Part shown: positions 43,891 through 54,670 of the stretch, piece by piece
Numbering within the stretch: position 1 is the stretch's first letter
How the letters are laid out: the number at the start of each line of letters is the position of its first letter
Assembly: GCA_937625935.1 (NCBI GenBank)
Contig: OW569365.1
Location: 124,001-188,000, forward strand
DNA length: 64,000 nucleotides
Direction of reading: 5' to 3'
DNA from: Tetramitus jugosus
Lineage: Eukaryota; Protista; Heterolobosea
Position numbers and translations under genes: made by a program
The notes under the pieces: generated by a model
Told to the model about the DNA's origin: nothing
What the model saw: only the letters and a program-made list of their open reading frames with translations
Database searches by the model: none

Positions 43891-46554
43891 ATGAACAACG
43901 ACAACAGCAGAAAGCGTGTCTATGCTCAATTCTTCACAGGTGATGATGATGATGACTCAGAGGTGCAACCATCTAAAAGCACCAAGATTGCTGCTGCCTC
44001 TTCAACATCCACTGCTTCAATTGAAGCCCCAGAAGAAAATGAACAAGTGAGTGGTCCTCAGAGAGAGAAGTGCAGCTCCATGCAAGATGAAGAAGATGAA
44101 GACTTTTTGTTGTTGATGTTGGATGATAATGATGGAGGAAGAGATGTGGTGGTGGTCAACTCACAACAACAACAAGATGACTCTAGTGCTCCACCTTCAA
44201 GAAGTATCGTTGTCAAGCCAATTGACCAGAAATCGATACACAAGATTTGTAGTGGACAAGTCATTACGTGCATGAGTGATGCAGTCAAGGAATTGATTGA
44301 AAATAGCTTGGATGCCGGTGCGACAGTGATTGAAGTGTTGTTCAAGGATGATGGACTGACGCAGATTCAAGTCTCGGACAATGGCACGGGAATTCACAGA
44401 GAGAATTATGAGTTGGTTGTGAAAAAGCATTGCACGTCCAAGATTTCGTGCTTTGAGGATATTGAACAGGTGACTTCGTTTGGATTTAGAGGTGAGGCTC
44501 TGTCTTCGTTGTGTGCCATTAGTGATGTATCGATCATCACGAGGACAAGTGCTGAAAAACTGGGAACGCTCCTAATTTTTGATCACCTTAATAATCTAGT
44601 GGAGCAAAAGTGGGAGTCTGTAGCGAGAGATGTCGGTACCACTGTGTCCATTCAAAACATCTTTAAGAATTATCCTGTGCGGTTGATCCAGTTGAAGAAG
44701 AATGCAAAGAGAGAGTACACAAAGTGTTTGAGTGTTATTGAACAGTATTGTTTAATAAGTGATGGTTTGCGGTTGAGTTGTTACACTCATGAATCCAGCA
44801 ACTCGCGAAACAAAAAGTTAGTTTTGCAGACGAGGGGAACTTGCTTGAGAGATAACATTGCAGGAGTTCTTGGAGGCAACATGTTCAAGAAGTTGCAAGA
44901 GATTGATTGCAAATCCGATTTGGTCCACATCAAAGGATATATATCGAAGGTTGATGTCGGATGTGGTAGGAGCAGTTCGGATCGACAATTCTTGTATTTG
45001 AACAGCAGACCTGTCGATATCACAAAAATCTCAAAGATGGTTAATGTTATCTATAAGCAGTTTAATCTGACTCAATACCCTATTTATGTTTTAAATATTG
45101 TCGTACGGCCGGATAGTTACGACGTGAATGTCACTCCTGATAAAAGGAAAGTTTACCTGGAGAATGAACAAGATATTGTTGCATTCATCAAGGAAACACT
45201 AGAAAAATTGTATGATGCAGGTTATAGGTCATTTGTGAAGAACAACCATATGAATTTAATTGATTACAGTCCGTTGGTCACAGAAAAAGAGGAAGTGGAA
45301 AGAATATTCTCACTGAGACAGAAAGAGCTTGCCTCTTCTTCTCAAGGGAGTGACAGATCTCAGAGTCGGTCGAAAAACTCACAATCCTGGTCCGACGAGA
45401 TGGACGATATATTGTATGGTGGAGCTCTTGAAGACTCAACGGATACAGTTCAAAATTCAACTTTAAGCGATAGTCAGCCATCATATTCTCACCGAACATT
45501 ACCAAAGATCAGTCAAACCAAATCGACGAAAAACACTAAAGTCGCCAACACAAGCCTAGCTGACTTTTTCCCACGGAGTGCTAAGGATGATGTGCAACCT
45601 CATCAGTGTTGTTCAGGGCATAATGAAATTGAAGATAATGTTGTCCAATCTACTCTTTCTGCTGAATCTCAACTCTCGTTGAACAGTGCAGATACAGATG
45701 AGCCAGAGGCAGTTGAAATTATTTTCGATGATCAAATCGAGAAGAGAACCAACAATCAGGAGCCTATAGTTGTACAGGTAGACACTTCATCTGTTATTGG
45801 TGCCTACAGTAAGTGTAAAACATCTCGAGCCGCTCATTCCTCGGCTGATAGCACTAAAAGATTTCTCAATTTGGGTATTCGTCCAAACAACAACAAGGAT
45901 TGCGAGGCTGAATTGTCGAAACAACTGAGCAAGCAAGACTTTCTCAAGATGGAGATTATTGGACAGTTCAATAAGGGATTTATAATTTCAAAGCTCGGAA
46001 ATGATTTATTCATTGTTGACCAGCATGCAAGTGATGAAAAGTACAACTTTGAGTATTTGAAGGCCAACACCCGCATGAACACTCAACCACTGATCGTGCC
46101 GAAGAGTCTTGAGCTATCTGCAACTGATGAGTTGGTTGTGATGGACCATATTGAAATATTCGAAAAGAATGGCTTTCGTTTCCAGATCGACAACGATGCT
46201 CCTGTGTCTGAGCGAGTCAAACTGCTTGCTGTTCCTCATAGCAAATCCGCTGTATTCAACGAGAATGATGTGCACGAAATGATCTTCTTGCTGCACGAAT
46301 ACAATCCAGAACTCATTGCCATTCGACCAAGCAAAATATCAGCCATATTTGCTTCTCGAGCCTGCCGTAAATCCATCATGATAGGCAAAACATTGTCCCA
46401 CTCTGACATGAAACGAGTCGTGACAAACATGTCAACAATGGAACAGCCTTGGAACTGCCCTCACGGAAGACCCACAATTCGCCACATGATCGACTTGCGG
46501 CAGATCAAACGGAGTCAAATTCTTCAACAACAGCATAAAGTCAAGCCTTCATAA
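43891..46554 (+). CDS. PMS2: MutL-family mismatch repair endonuclease PMS2 (yeast PMS1)
   Basis: ICSGQV, VKELIENSLDAGA, DNGTG, TSKI and FGFRGEALSSL; C-terminal GQFNKGF, DQHASDEKYNFE, ASRACRKS and WNCPHGRP. Confidence 0.96.
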   Translation: MNNDNSRKRVYAQFFTGDDDDDSEVQPSKSTKIAAASSTSTASIEAPEENEQVSGPQREKCSSMQDEEDEDFLLLMLDDNDGGRDVVVVNSQQQQDDSSAPPSRSIVVKPIDQKSIHKICSGQVITCMSDAVKELIENSLDAGATVIEVLFKDDGLTQIQVSDNGTGIHRENYELVVKKHCTSKISCFEDIEQVTSFGFRGEALSSLCAISDVSIITRTSAEKLGTLLIFDHLNNLVEQKWESVARDVGTTVSIQNIFKNYPVRLIQLKKNAKREYTKCLSVIEQYCLISDGLRLSCYTHESSNSRNKKLVLQTRGTCLRDNIAGVLGGNMFKKLQEIDCKSDLVHIKGYISKVDVGCGRSSSDRQFLYLNSRPVDITKISKMVNVIYKQFNLTQYPIYVLNIVVRPDSYDVNVTPDKRKVYLENEQDIVAFIKETLEKLYDAGYRSFVKNNHMNLIDYSPLVTEKEEVERIFSLRQKELASSSQGSDRSQSRSKNSQSWSDEMDDILYGGALEDSTDTVQNSTLSDSQPSYSHRTLPKISQTKSTKNTKVANTSLADFFPRSAKDDVQPHQCCSGHNEIEDNVVQSTLSAESQLSLNSADTDEPEAVEIIFDDQIEKRTNNQEPIVVQVDTSSVIGAYSKCKTSRAAHSSADSTKRFLNLGIRPNNNKDCEAELSKQLSKQDFLKMEIIGQFNKGFIISKLGNDLFIVDQHASDEKYNFEYLKANTRMNTQPLIVPKSLELSATDELVVMDHIEIFEKNGFRFQIDNDAPVSERVKLLAVPHSKSAVFNENDVHEMIFLLHEYNPELIAIRPSKISAIFASRACRKSIMIGKTLSHSDMKRVVTNMSTMEQPWNCPHGRPTIRHMIDLRQIKRSQILQQQHKVKPS

Positions 46555-46784
46555 TCCACAATATGCTGCGTACAGCACTTGTCATTGGTAAAAGACAAGA
46601 AGTGAACAATGTCCGACTTTCCGGTTTCTTATGGAAGCAGGCCAACTCAAAATTGATGACCAACAGCAATCATTCATGTTCCATTTCAGCTGTTCCTCTG
46701 ACCGACCTCTTCAACAACACACATCAACAAATATCCACCCAAACAACCAACACCGAAGAATCAACAAAAAACCAAAGAACAAAA

Positions 46785-48188
46785 ATGATGAATCAAGAAC
46801 AAAAGCTTGGTGGTGCTCAACCAAGGACTATTCAGCTACCCCATTTCTCCACTCCACTGGCATCCCAACTCGAAGCCATGATGCAAGAAGAACAGCCCAA
46901 CAAGTTGACTCCAACCACTCCCAATCACATTGTTCGTTTCATTCGAAAGGTTCGCTATCGCAACGAACACGGTCATGGTTTGATCAACGAGGATTATGGT
47001 GCCTTGTTGGAAGCTCTACGAACATTCCCTGACAAGAGTTCCTTTATCCGCGAAACTTTTCCCTTTATTGTGCAATTGGCCGACAGAATTGACAAGGTTG
47101 ACTTGCCGTTGAGAATCTCCGAGCAGAAAAATTCCGAATACAAGGTGGAGGTCACGCAGGAACAATGTGCGTGTGTGTTGGCCAATTCTTTCCTGTGTAC
47201 GTGGCCAAGGCTTTCTCAGGATCGCATCTCAATGCTCCATAACCTTCCGGGCATCAATTATGATCTCATGTTCACAGAGAGGCCTAATTTGAGGGCAAAG
47301 ATTGGAAAGCTACAAATGCTGTTTCATTACTTTGAACGTGTCAAGCAACAGATGCCAAGGGGAAAGTTAACAATAGAGAGAAGAGTCGTGGACGAAAATG
47401 AAGTCAATATTCAAAATTCTGTGCTAATGGATGTGCAAGTGATGGCAGAGGGCTCGATTGGTGATGAAGAAGGAACATTGGAAGCTGATTTTGCGAATAA
47501 GATTATCGGTGGAGGATCAATGGATCATGGATGCGTACAGGAAGAGATCAAGTTCTCAATATGTCCCGAGATGAACGTATCGAGATTGTATTGTGAAACA
47601 ATGTTGGACAATGAATCGATTGTAATTGTAGGTGGAGAGCAGTTTTCGAAACATACTGGATATGGCGATACTTTGGGATACGGTGGAGACTATGTTGATC
47701 ACAGGAAAGATGAATTCAATAACATTACTGTTCAAACAGTAGCAATTGATGCCATACGATTTAGAGATCCAATGAATCAATTTGAACCGCGAATGGTCGA
47801 GAGGGAACTTTTGAAGGCATACGCTGGATTTTATGAAAAAGGGGATGGTAAGCCAAAGATGAAGTTGAGCACGGGTGCTTGGGGTTGTGGTGCATTCCAC
47901 GGTGATAAACAATTGAAGTTTATTATACAATGGATTGCTGCAAGCGTTGCGCAGAGAAATATGATTTTCTATACGTTTGATAGAGGTACTACCTTGGCTG
48001 AGGACATTCAACAGTTTTTACAAGGCGTACGAGAGCTCAATGTCAACGTGAGTGAGTTATATTCAGCCCTAATGACGCTATCAAAAACCGCAGAAGTGAA
48101 TAATGAACAACCAAAAGACTCTTTCAATAGAGTCTTGTCAATCTTGCGAGGGAAGACTTTCGAGGAAAAGACATGCATCATCAATTGA
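46785..48188 (+). CDS. PARG: Poly(ADP-ribose) glycohydrolase (catalytic macrodomain; start 46785, upstream ATG 46563 possible)
   Basis: CVLANSFLCTW, DFANKIIGGG, GCVQEEI, CPE, TGYG, AIDA, RELLKAY, TGAWGCGAF and QWIAAS. Confidence 0.94.
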   Translation: MMNQEQKLGGAQPRTIQLPHFSTPLASQLEAMMQEEQPNKLTPTTPNHIVRFIRKVRYRNEHGHGLINEDYGALLEALRTFPDKSSFIRETFPFIVQLADRIDKVDLPLRISEQKNSEYKVEVTQEQCACVLANSFLCTWPRLSQDRISMLHNLPGINYDLMFTERPNLRAKIGKLQMLFHYFERVKQQMPRGKLTIERRVVDENEVNIQNSVLMDVQVMAEGSIGDEEGTLEADFANKIIGGGSMDHGCVQEEIKFSICPEMNVSRLYCETMLDNESIVIVGGEQFSKHTGYGDTLGYGGDYVDHRKDEFNNITVQTVAIDAIRFRDPMNQFEPRMVERELLKAYAGFYEKGDGKPKMKLSTGAWGCGAFHGDKQLKFIIQWIAASVAQRNMIFYTFDRGTTLAEDIQQFLQGVRELNVNVSELYSALMTLSKTAEVNNEQPKDSFNRVLSILRGKTFEEKTCIIN

Positions 48189-48316
48189 AACACTTCCACC
48201 TTCAACAATAAAGGTGGACCTTTGTCCAACTTCATCCTTGAAGCGGACTTTTAACTTCGCCCCAGCTCAGAATTTTTTAAATACAGGTATTAAATCTTGT
48301 CGAACAAAAAGCATCA

Positions 48317-50167
48317 ATGAAGAAACCAATGGATGTCATGGAGCGAACCCCATTAACTTTGAGAAAAGAAACATTGATCAGTGATCTGGTCAAGAAAAAA
48401 TACAAGCAAATGAGGGTGAAGGATACTGCCGCTGAAGAAGTTCTTCAGATGTTGGAAGACACTGACATTACAACATTGAGTCAGTGGAATTCACTTCCAT
48501 CAATACTGAAGAACAAGTACCCTGAGTTATTGACTATGGTTCTTGATAAAGCATGTCAGCAAGTGTTTGGAGAAGTTTCCCAAACTGGTCAGCCTTCCCC
48601 TCCAGACAGACAGGCCGTTATAAATCAGGTTCTCTCTGTGTTGAAAAATATTGCGGACGACCCAAGTTATCAAAAATGGAACAAACCAGCACTTTTGTCC
48701 CCTTTTAGTCTCACTTTCCCATTTGTCGGTAGGAGTGAAACTTCGAAAGCACTGCTAAGTCACATTTGCAAGAGACTGGACAGTTCAAAAGATAAAATGC
48801 AAAATACAATTCCTTACATTGCATGTTGTGGGGGAATGGGCAAGTCTAGATATCTTCATGAACAACAGAGAGCACTGCTGGCTTACTGTGACTCGGATCC
48901 AACCAAGGAGTTTGAAGTTGCAAGGCCATTTTTACAGGAAGCTATCTCTGTCAATATCACGTTCCATAATGGAAACAACATTACACCTGCTGAATTAGAG
49001 GAAGCCAGATTGGGAGAAGCGGGAAAGCCTACACTATCAAAGTACTTGGCAGTAAGACTACTGGCTGCGTATTTTTTAGGAGATGTCGAAGTTCCCATAC
49101 ATCTGGTTATTGATCGGTTCACTAATTTTCCCTTCATCTTTGACTTGGCTATTGCAGTTGAATGTATTCTAAGGGAGTCGAACTCAAAATGTATAGTCAT
49201 TGGTGTAGATGAATACAGTGCCCTCTTGAGAGAAGGAGGAATTCTTGGAAGGAATTATCTTAAAAAAATTGTTGCGGATTGTGGAGCACTGCTCTCGAGG
49301 AGAGACATATTTTCCCATGTCCTTTTTGCTGGGACAACGTCATCACAATTTGCACAAGTGTTTACTGAATCATCCTTTTATAGCTGCAAAGTGCCCATGA
49401 ACTTGTTATCATTTGAGGAAACTAAACAAGTTATTGAAAGTTCAATTGAACTCCCTGAAAATCAAGATATCAAGACAGTTATGTCTCACTTGAATAGTAA
49501 CATTATTAGCGCTTTTCTTGGTGGACATGCAAGATCTATTGAAATATTGTTTCTCTATCTAAAACAATGTGCTGAACAACTTAGATTTGAGGTCGCATCA
49601 AAGGATCTATTGACCACTGTGATGCATAAAACGATAACAGATATAAACAGCTATTATAATCTGGGAGCAGTTCAGGATCCTATAATGATACTATGTTACT
49701 GGGCTTTGAGAACTCCCCTGAAAAGAGAAGTTGAAATTCGTGTTGGTGTCTCTGAGAAGAAAACACTCGACCGTCTGGAACGGGAAGGATTTCTAATCCT
49801 TTCATCAGCAAACAATATTGATGAGTATTTTGTGGAATTACCTGTTGCGTGGTTGCATGATTACTCTCGTCGTTTAGATCAGAGTAATATCATGTTCTTT
49901 GCACCTTTAAAAAGTGTACTTGATATCCTCACTTGCAGTACGGTGAATTGGCAGGACCTTGAAGAATTTGCCGCCCATCACTATTTGTTGAGAATTAGCA
50001 GTGCTATTATCTTGAAGAAAGAGATTATTTACATGAGTGAACTTGATTGGCCTACACCCGTTGACAAAATTTTACCGGAGCATAAGTGCTACTCCTTCAA
50101 AAATTCCAGATCAAACCTGATTACTACATATGGTAGGGTAATAGCAGCACGACTAATGTTATGTTGA
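48317..50167 (+). CDS. Crinkler (CRN/CR)-type P-loop NTPase protein with N-terminal helical header; probably truncated before the usual C-terminal nuclease domain
   Basis: PFVGRSE, Walker A GGMGKS, VNITFHNG, LAVRLL, Walker B IVIGVDE, FAGT, GGHARS and WQDLEEF motifs. Confidence 0.75.
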   Translation: MKKPMDVMERTPLTLRKETLISDLVKKKYKQMRVKDTAAEEVLQMLEDTDITTLSQWNSLPSILKNKYPELLTMVLDKACQQVFGEVSQTGQPSPPDRQAVINQVLSVLKNIADDPSYQKWNKPALLSPFSLTFPFVGRSETSKALLSHICKRLDSSKDKMQNTIPYIACCGGMGKSRYLHEQQRALLAYCDSDPTKEFEVARPFLQEAISVNITFHNGNNITPAELEEARLGEAGKPTLSKYLAVRLLAAYFLGDVEVPIHLVIDRFTNFPFIFDLAIAVECILRESNSKCIVIGVDEYSALLREGGILGRNYLKKIVADCGALLSRRDIFSHVLFAGTTSSQFAQVFTESSFYSCKVPMNLLSFEETKQVIESSIELPENQDIKTVMSHLNSNIISAFLGGHARSIEILFLYLKQCAEQLRFEVASKDLLTTVMHKTITDINSYYNLGAVQDPIMILCYWALRTPLKREVEIRVGVSEKKTLDRLEREGFLILSSANNIDEYFVELPVAWLHDYSRRLDQSNIMFFAPLKSVLDILTCSTVNWQDLEEFAAHHYLLRISSAIILKKEIIYMSELDWPTPVDKILPEHKCYSFKNSRSNLITTYGRVIAARLMLC

Positions 50168-50332
50168 AGAACATGAACTTATGGTCGAGAAGGAGTGTAT
50201 TTTAAGGATTAAGGTGAGAAGAGAGCAAAAAGTTCATCAAATAAAAATATGAGCGAACCAACTTAACTCAAGTCCTGTGTGGCGTTTAGGTGCTCACAAT
50301 TGATTTAATGGATTGAGGAACAGTTGCACACA

Positions 50333-51832
50333 TTAAAGTTCCAGTTGTATTTGAAACATTTTTTGAGCTGCTTGTTGCAGTTGGGTATTGTTCGGTTGTG
50401 AACCTGTGGCAAATGGAATGCTAAAGCATGAAGAGGGGCGAATGGGAGACGGATGATCTGGTATCTTGTATAACAGAGATCTATTGTAGTGACCAGGAGC
50501 ATGTGTGAACACAATTGTATCTCCATCACTAAACAAATCTGTCCATTCAAGAATATGCTCTTGTAATTGATCCTTAAAGTGTTTCTCGTTCAATCTTCTC
50601 ATCTCACTACCCACACTCTTTGCCCTTTTGCTCTTGTCTTGATTCACTTGTCTCTTGCCCTGCTTCTTCCGGACAACATACTTGTGAAATGTCTTGTGTT
50701 CCTTCTGTTCTATGCCTCCAGTGGCCACATGCTTATTGTTCATTGCAAATCGTGCACCAGCATAATATCCTCCATGTGTAATCATCATCATCACTCCATT
50801 GTTCACAATACTGTGATAAAGTCCACTAAAGTTGCCATTTCGTGGCAATTCCACCAACGAATCAATCATTGCGTCATCACTCTCCAATTCTTCACCTTCT
50901 CCATCACTGCCACTACTACCTCCATCGTCATCATCATGATTATCATACTCTTCCGTCAAACTACCAATAGAGTACTGATAATCACTCAATTTACTCTCGT
51001 GACTCTTGGCCGCAAACACACTTGCACTCAACACTGATCTCCACAGTGTAAACTTGAATTGACATGGATAAATGAGAGAAACGGTTACAAGTGGTATCCT
51101 TTCATCGAGTACTACACTGTTTCGATCAATTGGAAGCTCATAGAAGCACTTTGGAAGCTCAAACATCGAAATGTTTGTTTTTATCGATGCCACTGTGGTC
51201 TTTTTGTTAACTCTGAGGTTGTTTGAGTGCTTTTGATTCAGCTCGTCATCATCGTCATCACCAGAGCTATCATCGTTATCCTCCTGTTCACTATCATCAG
51301 AGCTCAAATAAAGCTCCTTCTTGGATTTTTTCTTTTGATTTCGCTTCCTCGAGGAAGTCGTAGAGGCGCTCATGGAAAAATCATCACTACTGCTGCTCCT
51401 TCCCGCCTTCATCTTTTTTCTCCGCTTCGTATCCCAATCCAAAAACCATTGATGAAATTCGATGCAATAGCTCCACATTTCTAACCATCGTTTACACACC
51501 AATTTGATCGCTACGACATTTCTGTCATCGTCACAACAATTGTTGTCATCAGTGCGAGCTTTTCCTCGTTTCGTGTCCTTTTTCATTGTAAAAGCTTGTT
51601 CTTGTTTCTCAATCGATTCACACACATTGGGCAACAAGAAGGAAAAAATATTGACGAGAACATTGTCACTCGATGATGAGGACGACTGTGTTCCATAGCG
51701 ATCATTTGAGAAGGGTGTGTTCAGTTGTGTGTTCAGTTCGTTGAGATCGACTTCATTCCTGAGTTGTCTCTGATACTTTGTCTCCTGTTCGTCCACGAGT
51801 TGCGATATATTGGCAAATGTGAGATGTGACAT
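50333..51832 (-). CDS. VLRF1 (Vms1/ANKZF1-type release-factor-fold tRNA endonuclease) domain protein with N-terminal split F-box-like motif
   Basis: GGYYAGA, HKTFHKYVVRKKQGKRQ, AKSVGSEMRRLNE, FTHAPG and SIPFAT. N-terminal DNVLVNIFSFL...IKLVCKRW. Confidence 0.85.
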   Translation of the reverse strand: MSHLTFANISQLVDEQETKYQRQLRNEVDLNELNTQLNTPFSNDRYGTQSSSSSSDNVLVNIFSFLLPNVCESIEKQEQAFTMKKDTKRGKARTDDNNCCDDDRNVVAIKLVCKRWLEMWSYCIEFHQWFLDWDTKRRKKMKAGRSSSSDDFSMSASTTSSRKRNQKKKSKKELYLSSDDSEQEDNDDSSGDDDDDELNQKHSNNLRVNKKTTVASIKTNISMFELPKCFYELPIDRNSVVLDERIPLVTVSLIYPCQFKFTLWRSVLSASVFAAKSHESKLSDYQYSIGSLTEEYDNHDDDDGGSSGSDGEGEELESDDAMIDSLVELPRNGNFSGLYHSIVNNGVMMMITHGGYYAGARFAMNNKHVATGGIEQKEHKTFHKYVVRKKQGKRQVNQDKSKRAKSVGSEMRRLNEKHFKDQLQEHILEWTDLFSDGDTIVFTHAPGHYNRSLLYKIPDHPSPIRPSSCFSIPFATGSQPNNTQLQQAAQKMFQIQLEL

Positions 51833-52041
51833 TGTTAATTTGTTTGTTCTATTTTTCTAAGCCCCAATCGAAGAAGAAACAATCTCGCGATTTTTTATCA
51901 AAAATGCAACTTCAAATTCAGAAGCACAAGTGCAGGGTAGAAGAGAACTCGAGGTTATTATTGATAAATTTTTTTGTTTTGTTAATTTATTGAGAGTTGG
52001 TTGTGTTGTTCCTTAAGGCTTATCTGTCAGTTTGTACATAT

Positions 52042-54399
52042 TTAAGCTTGCTTTTGTTGTTGAGCAATCAAGTTCAAAGCAGATCCAGCCTTGAACCAGC
52101 CGATTTGAGCCTCATTGAATGTGTGGTTCAATGGAATGGTCAATGTTTCACCAGTGCTCTTCTTGACAATCATATCGACTGGCTTTCCAGGAGCCAAATC
52201 CTTAATCTTCAATGTGATTCTGTCTTCTGGAGCAATCTTGTCATAATCAGCTGGATTGGCGAAAGTTAGAGGCAACATACCCTGCTTCTTCAAATTTGTT
52301 TCGTGGATACGAGCAAAGGACTTTGTGATAATGGCAACACCACCGAGATGTCTTGGTTCAAGAGCAGCATGTTCTCTGGAAGATCCCTCACCGTAGTTTT
52401 CGTCACCAATGACAACCCAGTTGATTCCATTCTTCTTGTATTGACGAGCAACATCTGGAACAGCGCCATATTCGCCAGTGACTTGATTCTTGACGCAGTT
52501 AACCTTCTTGTTTTCAGCGTTGACAGCACCAATCAACAAGTTGTTGGAGATGTTGTCCAAGTGACCTCTGTACTTCAACCATGGACCAGCCATAGAGATG
52601 TGATCAGTGGTACATTTGCCAAGAGCCTTGATCAAGATTGGCACATCTTCAATATCCTTTCCGTTCCATGGAGCAAAAGGAGACAACTTTTGCAATCTGT
52701 CGCTCTTTGGATCAACGACAACTTCCAAGTGTGATCTGTCCTTTGGTGGAGCTTGGAATGTGTTTTGACCAGGGTCGAATCCCTTGACTGGCAATTCATC
52801 ACCATATGGGCACTTGAGCTTAAAGTTTTCACCCTTGGCATTCTTCAAGGTGTCCTTGGTTGGGTTGAACAACAAGCTACCGGCTAGAGACATAGCAGTG
52901 ACGATTTCTGGAGAAGCAACAAAGGCGTGAGTGCCAGGGTTACCGTCGTTTCTTGCAGTAAAGTTTCTGTTGTAGGATGTGATGATAGAGTTTTGTTCTC
53001 CCTTCTTAATATCGGTTCTGTTCCATTGACCGATACATGGACCACAGGCGTTGGCCAAAACGAGACCACCAACCTTGTTAAAGTCTCCCATAATTCCGTC
53101 ACGTTCAATAGTAGCACGAATTTGTTCAGAACCTGGGGTGATGATAAAGTTGGCCTTGGATTCAACTCCCTCCTCGGAAGCTTGTCTGCAGAGAGAGGCA
53201 GATCTTGCCATATCTTCGTAGGAAGAGTTGGTGCAAGATCCGATCAAACCAGCGCGCAAATCCTCTGGCCATCCATTCTTCTTCACGGCATTAGCGAATT
53301 CGGACAATGGAGTAGCAAGATCAGGGGTGAATGGACCGTTGATGTGTGGCTCCAAAGTGTTCAAGTCAATCTCAATCAAGCGATCGTATTCAGCACCAGT
53401 ATCAGCCTTCAAGAATTGCTTGTGTTGATCAATGTAGTCAGCCATGTCCTTTCTGTTGGTTGCAACCAAGTAGTCGTACATTCTCTTGTTGTATGGGAAG
53501 ACAGAGGTAGTAGCTCCAATCTCAGCACCCATGTTACAAATGGTAGCCATACCAGTGCAGCTCAAGCTGTCGACACCCTCGCCAAAATATTCAACAATGG
53601 CGCCTGTGCCTCCCTTGACTGTCAAGATACCAGCAACCTTCAAGATGACATCCTTTGGAGATGTCCATTCGTTCAACTTTCCAGTCAACTTGACACCAAT
53701 AACCTTTGGTGCCTTCAATTCCCATGGCAAACCAGCCATGACATCAACAGCATCAGCACCACCGACACCAATAGCAGCCATACCCAAACCACCGGCATTT
53801 GGAGTGTGAGAGTCAGTACCAATCATCAATCCACCTGGGAAAGCATAATTCTCCAACACAATTTGATGAATAATACCGGATCCTGGTTTCCAGAAACCAA
53901 TATTGTGCTTTGCACCAGCAGAGGCCAAAAAGTTGTACACTTCCTTGTTGGTGACAATGGCAGCGTCCAAATCCTTTTGAGAACCGTCTTGAGCTTGAAT
54001 CAAGTGATCGCAGTGAATGGTGGATGGAACAGCAACATCAGGAATGCCACTGGACATGAATTGCAAGAGAGCCATTTGAGCAGTGGCATCTTGCATAGCA
54101 ACTCGATCAGGTCTGAGCTTCAAGTAGGATTGACCTCTGACAATGTCTTGATTGTGTGGATCATCCAAATGACCGTACAAAATCTTTTCAGCAAGAGTCA
54201 ATGGTTTGTTCAATCTCTTACTCACAATGTCAAGTCTCTCAACAAACTTGTCCATGGAGAAGGTCTTGTCTTCCTCCAAGCGACTGAATGGAACACCACC
54301 AGCAGACGATTTCTTTGAAACGGCGCTAGAGCTAAATTGTCTAGCCGTGTTCGATCGAACATTCTTCTTACACAGATTGATTGACGCACTTCTGAACAT
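52042..54399 (-). CDS. ACO2: Mitochondrial aconitate hydratase
   Basis: Presequence; [54 protein letters not shown] and [12 protein letters not shown]. Confidence 0.98.
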   Translation of the reverse strand: MFRSASINLCKKNVRSNTARQFSSSAVSKKSSAGGVPFSRLEEDKTFSMDKFVERLDIVSKRLNKPLTLAEKILYGHLDDPHNQDIVRGQSYLKLRPDRVAMQDATAQMALLQFMSSGIPDVAVPSTIHCDHLIQAQDGSQKDLDAAIVTNKEVYNFLASAGAKHNIGFWKPGSGIIHQIVLENYAFPGGLMIGTDSHTPNAGGLGMAAIGVGGADAVDVMAGLPWELKAPKVIGVKLTGKLNEWTSPKDVILKVAGILTVKGGTGAIVEYFGEGVDSLSCTGMATICNMGAEIGATTSVFPYNKRMYDYLVATNRKDMADYIDQHKQFLKADTGAEYDRLIEIDLNTLEPHINGPFTPDLATPLSEFANAVKKNGWPEDLRAGLIGSCTNSSYEDMARSASLCRQASEEGVESKANFIITPGSEQIRATIERDGIMGDFNKVGGLVLANACGPCIGQWNRTDIKKGEQNSIITSYNRNFTARNDGNPGTHAFVASPEIVTAMSLAGSLLFNPTKDTLKNAKGENFKLKCPYGDELPVKGFDPGQNTFQAPPKDRSHLEVVVDPKSDRLQKLSPFAPWNGKDIEDVPILIKALGKCTTDHISMAGPWLKYRGHLDNISNNLLIGAVNAENKKVNCVKNQVTGEYGAVPDVARQYKKNGINWVVIGDENYGEGSSREHAALEPRHLGGVAIITKSFARIHETNLKKQGMLPLTFANPADYDKIAPEDRITLKIKDLAPGKPVDMIVKKSTGETLTIPLNHTFNEAQIGWFKAGSALNLIAQQQKQA

Positions 54400-54670
54400 G
54401 ATTTTGTGTTCTGTCTGTTTATTTCTTTGTGTGTGTGTTAGTGTTGTTGTGAAGAAGACCCACCGTTAACACACACGAGCAAACATCTCGTTTTGTTTTT
54501 CCTCCGGCGATCGCTGAGAGAGAGTGGGATCGCTGTCGGAGCGCGTGGGGTGTGTGATTCCGCAAAAAATCAACACAGCAATAGGAGTTTTTCCAGTTTG
54601 GTTGACTCTTCCAAACGTGAAGTTTACAATTTTCCAGTGAACATTCCATAGTTTTGACAAAAAAGAGGCG

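Noticed and set aside
1603-51832. Functional link between Pth and the VLRF1 protein (both act on peptidyl-tRNA)
   Set aside because: They are ~48 kb apart with ~25 unrelated genes between; no evidence of clustering.
52927-54318. 463-aa plus-strand ORF
   Set aside because: Antisense shadow of the strongly codon-biased aconitase; no ATG start and no motifs.
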